From the NCBI GenBank assembly GCA_965112155.1, contig OZ218099.1: 64,000 nucleotides of DNA; one strand, 5' to 3'. The notes beneath the pieces are model-generated. The model worked only from the letters and a program-made list of their open reading frames with translations, ran no database searches and was not told the DNA's origin. Below, piece by piece: positions 36,787-47,900 of the stretch. Source of the DNA: Podarcis liolepis. Taxonomy: Eukaryota. Made by a program: the position numbers and the translations under genes. The first letter of the stretch is position 1, and the number at the start of each line of letters is the position of its first letter.

Positions 36787-39700
36787 GTGGAATGGCAGCT
36801 GGTTGAAGTCATTAGAAAGCATCCAGGACCCTCCATCTCCTAAAACCTGGCAAGACTTGAAAGTAGGAGAGCAAAGAGCTCAAAGACAGAGGGCACGTAG
36901 CAGCACCCATAGTAGTGACGAATGAGGAAGTGGGAGAGACGAGGGTGGAGATTCACTTGGGACAAGGCTATTATCTAAGAGGCTGGGTTTTATAGCCCCT
37001 CTCTGTAAATATTGAAATAAAAAAAGGACGGTAAGAAACCTTTCCTTGTCTTTATACTTTCCCGGGCAACCAGCCAGAAGCTGCTGATAGCATCCTGACA
37101 GATTGTCCCGAGTTAACTTTCATTGGCTGTTAGGTCATAAATCATGACAGATGGCGTAACAGGAGCTATAGGGCAGCCAGCTAATACTGATAACTGAGAA
37201 GAACCATTTCAATGGTGTTTACAACAAAATTTATTGTGAAGATGACATGTAGAACAATTAACCAGCACAATAAATCATCAAAATGAAGAATTTGCAAGGA
37301 TTTCTTGGGGTACCACTTCACACTTGAGGGGGTGCTTATGGATCCTGCTAAGGTGCAGAGTGTAGTTTCATGGGAGGAGCTCAAGATAATGAAAAACCTT
37401 CAGAGTTTTTTAGGGTTCAACTATTACCGCAAGTTCATGCCAGCCTATTTGAAACTCACAACCCCCCTCATGGATTGCAAGAGGGGCAAGAAGCCATTCC
37501 AGTGGACTGCTGAGGCGCAACAGGTGTTTGAGCATCTCAAAATCTTGTTCTCCTCAGAGGTGTACCTAGCTCATGCACACCCCCACAGCCTGTTGGTTGT
37601 AGAAACGGATGCCTATGACAGATCGGTTGGTGCTGTGCTGCTGCAGGAAGACCAAGAGGGGACCCTAGGCTTGTGCGCCTTCCACTCTCAAAAATTGATT
37701 CCTTCCGAACAGAATGACACTATTTGGGAAAAGGAGCTTTTAGCAGTCAATGAAGCCTTTGAAGTGTGGAGACACTTCCTGGAAGGGGCATCACACAAGG
37801 TGGAGGTGTGCACCGACCATCACAATCTGGAGTGTCGTCTAAACCTGGTGGGATAAGTCCCACGATTGGAATGTAATAATGGGGGGATACAATCTATTTC
37901 AGAGAAACAGACCAGACAAGAAAGGAGGAGGAGTGGCGTTATATGTCAGGGATGTGTATACCTGTGAAGAGATCCAAGATTTAGAACCTCAAAGCCAAAG
38001 TGAGAGCATTTGGGTCAAAATTAAGGGAGAGAAGAATAACAGAGACCTCATTGTGGGAGTTTACTATAGATCCCCAAGCCAAAAGGAGGACATAGATGAT
38101 GCCTTCCTGGAACAGATGGCCAAGCATGCAAAAGGAAGGGAGATAGTAGTAATGGGGGACTTCAATTACCCGGATATTTGTTGGACGTCAAACTCAGCCA
38201 AGAGCATAAGGTCAAACAGATTCCTCACTGGCCTTGCAGACAACTTCATTGTCCAGAAAGTGGGAGAAGCAACAAGAGGAACAGCAATTTTAGATCTGGT
38301 CCTAACCAATGTTGATGACCTGGTTAGTGGGGTAGAAGTGGAAGGATCATTAGGCGCGAGTGATCATGCTCTTCTGAAGTTTACTATACAGCGGAAAGGA
38401 GCAGCCAAGCATACTAGGACTCAATTTCTTGACTTTAAGAAAGCCGACTTCATAAAACTTAGGGAAGTGCTGGGTGAGATCCCATGGACAGCAATACTAA
38501 AAGGAAAGGGAGTTCATGATGGCTGGGAGTTTGTTAAGAGGGAGATAGTAAAAGCACAACGTCAGGCAATACCAATGAGACGGAAACATGGAAGATGCCT
38601 AAAGAAGCCAGGGTGGCTATCTAAAGAACTTTTAAATGAATTAAGATTAAAAAAGGATGTGTACAAAAAATGGAAAAGGGGGGAAACCACCAAAGAGGAA
38701 TTCAAACAAATAGCCAGCACGTGTAGACACAAAGTCAGAAAAGCTAAAGCACAGAATGAACTCAGGCTTGCTAGAGAGGTTAAAAGCAACAAAAAAGGCT
38801 TTTATGGGTATGTTCGTAGCAAAAGGAAGAACAAAGAAACAGTGGGGTCACTCAGAGGAGAAGATGGTGAAATGCAAACAGGGGACACAGAAAGGGCTGA
38901 ACTCCTCAATGCCTTCTTTGCCTCAGTCTTCTCCGATAAAGAAAACAATGCCCGACCTGAAGAATTTGGAGCAAATGATTCAGCAAAGGAAACACAGCCC
39001 AGAATAACTAAGGAGATAGTACAAGAATATTTGGCTAGTTTAGATGTATTCAAGTCTCCAGGGCCAGATGAACTGCATCCAAGAGTATTAAAAGAACTGG
39101 CAGATGTGATCTCAGAACCACTGGCAGTCATCTTTGAGAATTCCTGGAGAACAGGCGAAGTCCCGGCAGACTGGAGGAGGGCAAATGTTGTCCCTATTTT
39201 CAAAAAGGGGAAAAGAGAGGACCCAAATAATTACCGCCCAGTCAGTCTGACATCAATAGCAGGGAAGATTCTGGAACAGATCATTAAGCAAACAGTCTGT
39301 GAGCACCTAGAAAGGAATGCTGTGATCACCAATAGTCAGCATGGATTTCTGAAAAATAAGTCATGTCAGACTAACCTGATCTCGTTTTTTGACAGAATTA
39401 CAAGCCTGGTAGATGAAGGGAACGCAGTGGATGTAGCCTACCTTGATTTCAGCAAGGCATTTGACAAGGTGCCCCATGATATTCTTGTAAAGAAGCTGGT
39501 AAAATGCGGTCTTGACTATGCTACCACTCAGTGGATTTGTAACTGGCTGACTGACCGAACCCAAAGGGTGCTCATCCTGGAGAAGAGTGACTAGTGGGGT
39601 GCCACAGGGTTCTGTCTTGGGCCCAGTCTTATTCAACATCTTTATCAACGACTTGGATGATGGACTCAAGGGCATCCTGATCAAATTTGCAGATGACACC

Positions 39701-41375
39701 AAACTGGGAGGGGTGGCTAACACCCCAGAGGACAGGATCACACTTCAAAACGACCTTGACAGATTAGAGAACTGGGCAAAAACAAACAAGATGAATTTTA
39801 ACAGGGAGAAATGTAAAGTATTGCACTTGGGCAAAAAAAATGAGAGGCACAAATACAAGATGGGTGACACCTGGCTTGAGAGCAGTACATGTGAAAAGGA
39901 TCTAGGAGTCTTGGTTGACCACAAACTTGACATGAGCCAACAGTGTGACGCGACAGCTAAAAAAGCCAATGCAATTCTGGGCTGCATCAATAGGAGTATA
40001 GCATCTAGATCAAGGGAAGTAATCGTGCCACTGTATTCTGCTCTGGTCAGACCACACCTGGAGTACTGTGTCCAGTTCTGGGCACCACAATTCAAGAAGG
40101 ACACTGACAAACTGGAACGTGTCCAGAGGAGGGCAACCAAAATGGTCAAAGGCCTGGAAACGATGCCTTATGAGGAACGGCTAAGGGAGCTGGGCATGTT
40201 TAGCCTGGAGAAGAGGAGGTTAAGGGGTGATATGATAGCCATGTTCAAATATATCAAAGGATGTCACATAGAGGAGGGAGAAAGGTTGTTTTCTGCTGCT
40301 CCAGAGAAGCGGACACGGAGCAATGGATCCAAACTACAAGAAAGAAGATTCCACCTAAACATTAGGAAGAACTTCCTGACAGTAAGAGCTGTTCGACAGT
40401 GGAATTTGCTGCCAAGGAGTGTGGTGGAGTCTCCTACTTTGGAGGTCTTTAAGCAGAGGCTTGACAACCATATGTCAGGAGTGCTCTGATGGTGTTTCCT
40501 GCTTGGCAGGGGGTTGGACTCGATGGCCCTTGTGGTCTCTTCCAACTCTATGATTCTATGATTCTATGATTCTATGATTCTATGATTTAAATCAGCAGCA
40601 GATCCACTGCACACAGTTCTTTGCTCGGTTTGACTTCAGGGTCCAGTATGTGTCGGATAGTCAGAGTCAAGCAGTGGATGCTCTCTCCAGGAAGCCAGAA
40701 TATCAGAACGACGAGACAGTCTCAGTGTATAGACATATCTTGAAACCAGCACAGCTACAACTAGGTGCTGGATCAGTCATGGAAGTCACAAACTTCCAGC
40801 AGCAAACAAGAGAGGATGCCTTCGCCAAAGGCAGTTAACAGCACTGCAGGAAAGCAGCAATGAAGCAAAGGGCTTTGTAGAGGAGGGTGGCCTATTGTAG
40901 AGAGAAGTTCTCTACATCCCAGCGGGAGACCTCTGAGCCAAGGTGCTGGGTCAATGCCATGACAACCTTAAACTGGGCTACTTCGGGCAGCACAAGACGT
41001 TAAAGCATGAGACGCAGCAGTTCTGGGGGCCAAGGATGAGGGAGGAGGACAAGGAATACATGAGAGCCTGTGAGATGTGTCAGTGGGCAAAGAGACCAAG
41101 GGAGGCACCAGCAGGCTTACTACAACTGCTGCCCACCCCACAAGGACCATGGGAAACCATAGCCATGGACTTCATCACAGATGGAGGAAGACACAGCTCA
41201 GAGGCAGATGAGGGGGAAAGTTGGGAAATAATGGGAGAGGAGGAGGAGACAGAAATGGAGCAGCAGCTTGCTGACAAGGTATCAACAGAAAGCATCACAG
41301 ACCCCCCCCCCGCCTCCCAGAACCCAGCGGGCCTTAAAAATAGGAGAGCAAAGAGCCAATGACAGCATCCTGACA
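36787..41375 (+). mobile_element. Longer Ty3/Gypsy remnant (RT-RNase H-integrase N-terminus) interrupted by CR1
   Basis: RNase H (ETDAYDRSVGAVL, EKELLAV, VCTDHHNL) at 37305-37840; integrase Zn-finger region (CEMCQ, GLLQLLPTPQGPWETIAMDFITD) at about 40940-41180; LTR pieces at both ends. Confidence 0.9.
37841..40587 (+). mobile_element. CR1 LINE, 5'-truncated, young, nested in Gypsy
   Basis: ORF2 APE+RT ([37 protein letters not shown]) as 37879-39594 plus 39587-40489; 3' tail (ATTCTATG)n. Confidence 0.95.
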
Positions 41376-41436
41376 CCAGGGTCAGGTCCACTTTAGCAAT
41401 ACTGTATTTTATGTGATGCTAAGAATCTTCAAAGAA

Positions 41437-42350
41437 TCAGATACTACTATCTTTGCATTTTGTAGTTAGATGTGCTTTTGTGTTCAGATCAGGCCTGAGG
41501 ATGATAATGTAGCACTTGGGAAGGAAGATGCAACCCAGAAGCCCAGCACTGGAGGCCAACATAGAGAAGACCTGCACAGCAACCATGAACTTCCCTTTTG
41601 TGCTCAGGTAGGTGGGCACAAAGGACACCCAAACACTGCAGAAGACCAGCATGCTGAAGGTGATCAGCTTGGCTTCATTGAAGGACCCTGGAAGGTTCCT
41701 GGCTAGGAAAGCCACCGTGAAGCAGATTGCAGCCAGAAAGCCCATGTAGCCAAGGACAGTGTAGAACATGGCAACAGATCCTTCATTGCATAGAAGGATG
41801 ATCTCTGCAGCTTGGGAGTGCATGTCAGAGTCTGGGAAGGGTGGGGAGATTCCCAGCCAGATGGTGCAGATGACAGCTTGCATACCACAACAGGAAAGGA
41901 CAATGCAGTTGGCCAGACTCTGCCCTAGCCATCTCCTCATCTTGTTCCCTGGCTTTGTAGCCAGGAAAGCCAGCACCACAGTGATGGTTTTTGCCAACAC
42001 AGAGGAAACCGCAAATGAAAATATGATGCTGAATGCTGTTTGTCGGAGAAGGCAGGTCACTTTCCTTGGCCAGCCGATGAACAGGAAGGAGGACAAAAAG
42101 GAAAGCAGGAGGGAGATAAGGAGTATATAGGATAAGTCCCGATTGTTAGCTTTGACTATGGGAGTTTCCTTGTATTTAACGAAGATTCCTAGGACAACAC
42201 CAGCGGTTAAGGACAAGAAGATGGCAAAGGAAACCAGGACAATCCCCAAGGGTTCTTCATAAGTGAGAAATGTTATAGTCTTGGGGACACATTTGTCTCG
42301 CGCTTGATTTGCATGCTGATCTTCTGGGCATCTGGTACAATGCTTTGCAT
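41437..42350 (-). CDS. V2R: V2R-D exon 6 (7TM)
   Basis: 914 bp open to TGA. Confidence 0.92.
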
Positions 42351-44901
42351 CTAAGGAGAAGGAGAAGGACTTCAGCATAACTCACAAAATTCTTATATCC
42401 ATAACTGTCTGTTTTCCGATATATTGGGAAACATCAATAATAAATTAATAGAGGATAGGATTTTGATTGTCTGGAGCAGGGGTCCCCAAACCTTTTAAAC
42501 AGGGGTCCTGTTCACTGTCCCTCAGACACTGTCGGGGGCCTGACTATAATTTGAAAGAAAGTATGAATGAATTCCTATGCACACTGCACATATTTTATTT
42601 GTAGTGCACAAAAAGAGGAAAAACAATACAATATTTAAAATGAAGAACGATTTTAATCAACATAAACATATAAGTATTTCAACGGGAAGTATGGACCTGC
42701 TTTTGGCTAATGAGATGGTGATATCACTAATGCTCATCCCTACAACCCAGACTACACATGGATCTCCCTCACTCCATGGCCCAGTCTACATGCAGGCCTT
42801 CCATGCCCCCATCCCCACAACCCAGCCTTGTCTGCCATCCCCACAACCCAGATTATACACGTCTCCCTAACCCAGATCCCCATGACCCAGACAGACCCAT
42901 GTCTCCTTAAGCCCCATCCTCACAACCCAACTTGCCCGAGTGTCTCCCTAACCATCACCCACCCACCCCAGCCTGTATGCCTGTCCTCCAGCCCCAAATC
43001 CCCACACTTCAGCCTGCCCATGCGTCTCCCTGCCAATCTCCTGCATGCATGTCACCCGTCTCCATGACTCCCGACTTACTGTGGGGCAGCTCCTCAGGCA
43101 CATCATGAATTCCACATCACGGCATTACAGACGCGCCAGATCGGGGGATTGGAGCCGGTACTGGGCTCTGGGGAGGCGAGGCAGGAGCCCTGTGATGTGG
43201 TAGCAAGGATGCAGTGTGCTGCAGTGCCAGAAAGGTCCTCATGCCGGCCCCATCCTATGCACTGCCAGCCTCTGTGGTGGGGAGGGAGGCGGGGAGAGGC
43301 CTGGCTTGCCCAGGCAGTGCGCTCACTCGCAGGCGGGTGAGGAGGCCGTGAGAGGGAGACGGGGTGCATGGGGTCTGGGGTGCGTGGGGTGCCTCTTCCT
43401 CTGCAATCCCCTTCCAACGCCAGGTGGGCCAGGTCCAGGACCCTGGTGGACCGGATACAGTCCACGGGCCTTAGTTTGAGGACGCTAGGTCTGGAGTATT
43501 GAAGGTTGTAAGTCAGTGGAAAAATACAGGCTAGGTTTCTTTCCAAGCCAGGACGTTACATGGGGCAGAGGCCCTAACACGACAAAAAGCTGTTGATGGC
43601 CCATCTGAGAGGAATTCTTGGGCCTGGGAAGATGGAGGTTGCCCTGGTGATGGGGTGTGCATGTGAGGTGTCAGAAAAAGAGAGTCTTTACCAAGGTGTG
43701 CTGGGAAGAATAAGGCAGAGAACAAGGAGGGATGCATCTTGGCTAGGGTGGCTGAAAAATGGTTAGGAGAGATTTCTTGCACTTGAGTTCTGCACTGCTA
43801 TGGGGAACAAGTCTTGATCATTTGCTAAGATCTGGACTCCCTCCATACAGATTGAAGGTGTAAATATGTGAATAAATCATATTTCTTAAAGCTACAACAG
43901 TTTCCCCGAGTCTTCAGTTCTCCAAAGGAGCACGAACTCTGGGTGACCCCTAGAACCCCCTAGAATTTTGCTTCTGCTCTGCAGAGAGTGGGGTGGTGCC
44001 CAACTTCTGTAGGCTTCAATATTTGTTCCCTTCCCTTGACGGCTGTTGTGCTCAGGCCCTGCTTATGGGCTTTTCATAAGCATCTGGTTCAACACTGTGA
44101 GAACAGGGCTTTGGACTACCTGGGCCTTTGGCCTGATCCAGCAAGCCTCTCCCTTTTCTCTGGAGTTACCCACCTTCCTGAATGGAGATGGTCCCTTCCG
44201 CACAAGGAGCACAATCGTAGCAGCAAACGGCCTCCCCTTCTTTAGCAACTCTGGCATATCCAGGGCGACAGCTTTCGGTGCATCTTGAACGAGGCGCAAC
44301 CTAAAAACAAGGAGAAAGAGCATAAAAGGATATCAGCATGAATTACAGACATCATCTGAAGGCCCTGACTAATAACAATGCTCAAATAAATATCATTTTT
44401 AGAATACTGAGGTCAGGTGTGGAAGCTTAAAATGGGAATGAGACCCTTCCAAATTTTGTTGGACTGTGGAGAACTTGTATAAGGTTTCATTTTAAATTGT
44501 TGAACACAAAAGATCAAACAAACTTTGCCATTTCAAACTGTATTTGATGTTCATTGTTTTGTTTGTTACTATGATAGGGTTGCCATATTCAGGACAAAGT
44601 TACAGTAGAACCTCTACTTATGTCCTGCTCTACTTAGGCCCGTCCCAAGTTGCTACCGCGGAAAACCCAGAATTAAACACTGGGTTTGCTGTGACTTGCA
44701 CACACGCAGAAGCAGCTGCTGCCGTCTGCACATGCACAGAAGTGGGCTGCCGCCAAATGCACCTGCACACAACGGCGCTTCTACCAGCGAATCATTCTGC
44801 TATAAGGATGGGCCTCCGGAAGGGACTGTGGTCATGAGTAGAGGTTCCACTGTATTGAGCTTTAATTTCCCCCCACTCTCAATTTTTTTTGTGCTTTTCT
44901 T

Positions 44902-44948
<47 letters not shown>

Positions 44949-47900
44949 TTTTATTTTAATTGCCCTACTTGTCATACATTTGATTTTTCCAGTACAGTTT
45001 TCTGTTTCAGCAAAAAGCTGCCTGGGTGCCATTTCTGCAGCCCAATTCTTGGATGTGTCTGAGATAAGACGGAGGTATGGCAGCCCTATACTATGAAGCG
45101 TATTGTTGTGCTTTTATAAGCAGTTGCCGTTATTGGGCAGCTGATGAAGGCCACATGGCAGTTAGGCCCACACTGCCAACTTTGGGCCCATTGATGTCCT
45201 TGTTCATCCACTCAGAGGGATAGATGAAAATGCAAGCTTAAGAGCAGCCTCTCCTCTCTTTGCCCCTCTCCATCTGAATTGCTATGCAAAACAGAGAGGG
45301 CAAAACAGAGGGAAAACAGCAGTGCTCTACACAATCAGGAGTGGGTCTCACTCTGCACAGGGCCCACTTAGGGCTAACCTGAAAATGGCCCCTATCAGCA
45401 TATTATCAGAACGTAACAGATGTCACAGCAAGGGAACCAGAACCAGTTGTGCCAAAGGGTTAGAGGGTTAGACGAGAATCTGGGGGACTAAGGTTTAAAT
45501 CCCCATGAAGCCATGAAGCTTCCTAGGCGACCTTGGGCCAATCACTTCCTCTTGGTCTATCCTACTTCACAGGGTTGTTGTGAGGATTAAATGAAGAGGC
45601 AGAAAACCATATATAGTTCAAGTAGACAAAAATGTGTAAACAAGCCTGATGCCTTTTGCATGCTAATTTTGTCTGGTCAATACGAAGGGTATCAGCAAGA
45701 AAAACTGACATTCTGTCGCCTATCCCAGTATTCCTTCAGCAATTAGACCTATCCTGCACTCCAGTTTTTAAGGGGTTTGTCTCTTCTGAAGATGAAGGAA
45801 ATGAACATGGTGAGGAGCATAACTGGATCATCTGTGTGGATCTCAAAATGGTCAACTTCTTACTTGGACAACAGAAAGGCTTTACCAAGTACCTGAATAA
45901 CAACAGCTTATAGATACCATTGGGGAACAAAAATAGCAGTCACTTGTGTGATCCTTGGGTTCTCGCCAAACCATGGGAACCCAAAAAGGCATATTCTTCC
46001 GTTTTGCTTTTGTCCAGTCTCTAAGCATTTCCTCACAATTGTGACAAACAATATGCGGAGCCCATTTCTTGTGTTGGTTGCCCAGGGGAATTTCAAAATA
46101 GCTTTTATGGGCACACCTCACAAACACTGCTTGTGTTTTTGTGTCTTTGATGAGGAAGTGTGTAGCAGCCACATACATAACAAAAGGCACCAGGCTTGTT
46201 TACACATTTTTGTCTACTTGAAGAAGCCATGGTCCGATCTGAAAAATACAAATATTTAGATTACAAAACTATAAAAATAAAGAAAAATTAAGTTTGCATA
46301 ACAATAATTACCATGTGGTTAGGGTAGATCAAAGTGTCACGGCCCACTTATCCCCAGTGTAAATATGACATATCAGCAAAAGTTGGAAATTGAAAGATAA
46401 CTATAGCATGTACATGAGAATCGATTTCAGATTTGAAATCAGCATTGAAAGAACATATATGAACAGTCGAAAAATCTCATGCAACAGAAAATGAAAAAAA
46501 AATTGTTCCCCAGTGATATATATGCAATGAAATAAATAAAGAAAGAAAGACTGAATGAATGAATGAATGCAATGACCTTGCTGAAGCTCCCAGGCCAAAC
46601 AATGGCTTCTGGTTTAATGGAGAATTTTATGCCGGAGGATGCCTGTCCCTCGATGCTCCCAACTTTCTTTCTGCTGTGAGATCTATTGGGAAATACGACC
46701 CAGTTCATGATATCAAAGTTGGCAGTCAGCTCCCCATTCTGATCAGAATACATCCCTCCTATGGATGAATTGGAAAGCCAAATTTCTTTCAAGAAAGTGT
46801 TAAGCTAGAATGGCAGAGAAAATGCCAGCATTTAGAAAACATGATATCAGGGTTGTTGCAGGATGTTTCCTGGGTATATGATTGAGAAAATCCTTTCATG
46901 AAGTTGGATATTTTGTGCGATGTAGTCTTGTTTTTCTTTTTTGAGGAAGGTTCCAGACATCTTACCAATTTCATGAGAATTGTCCTAAATCAAGGACATT
47001 GAGGCAGAGGCCTTGGGTCAGCTAAATGACAACTTTTTGGTCATTACAAGAGGTCCTTTATCAGGTTATAAATTCACAGGACATATGACTCAAATAAACA
47101 CATATAGAGGACACATCCTAGCAAGCACTTGGCAATTGTAGAAAGCTAGCATGCCTTTTAATTGGTTTTAAGCTATCCTATTGTCATTTCGACTTTCTAT
47201 GTTTTAAATAAGGGTTTTCTTTAGTGATATTTTTTTATTTTAACTTTTTTGTAAAGTGCTTTGAGGTTTTGTTTCAGGAGTCAAGCAATATACAAATATT
47301 ATGCAATAAATATAGTAATTAATTAAGCTTTATGTAAGAGAACGCTCCTTAACAATTTTTCATAGCTTAGTTTGTGCTTTGAAAGTCCCCCTAACTTTCC
47401 CAAGTTATCTATTAAAAAAATGATTTTAATCAATTTTCAAAGTATCTTAGAACCTCAAAAATAGATGAACAATTATAAAAAAAACAACTTATTAATATGT
47501 CCTACTAAAGATAAGGCATAGGAAACCAATACATATTTAATCAATGAGATAAACTTCAAAGAATATACAATCTGAAACGGATTCCAGAGATGGACAATGT
47601 GTTTGCAAAAAAGGGGAGAGGACAGACCTGCCATGGCTGCAGTCCTTGAAGTTCAAATTTGGATCTGGATGAATATGCAGCATTTAGGGCCTGAGCCACA
47701 AACTGGACACTGTAGTAAATGCTATAGCGGTCTTGAGACCAGATTGCCTCCATCTCCTCCTGGGACAAAGTTTCCTGTACTTCTTTTTCTGTGCATCTTG
47801 TCCAACCCACCATGGGCAGCACATCCTTTGAACATGAACAATTGAATGCTTTCTCCCAAAACTGTACAGATGCAGATTCAGTTGCAAATGATAGTCGAGT

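Noticed and set aside
859-36900. A and C as falsely duplicated haplotypes
   Set aside because: They differ by a MITE, a 1.15-kb upstream indel and many coding substitutions, more than expected for alleles; read depth would settle it.
40543-40587. Short repeat array resembling CRISPR or a satellite
   Set aside because: It is the canonical CR1 (ATTCTATG)n tail; there are no spacers and the DNA is eukaryotic.
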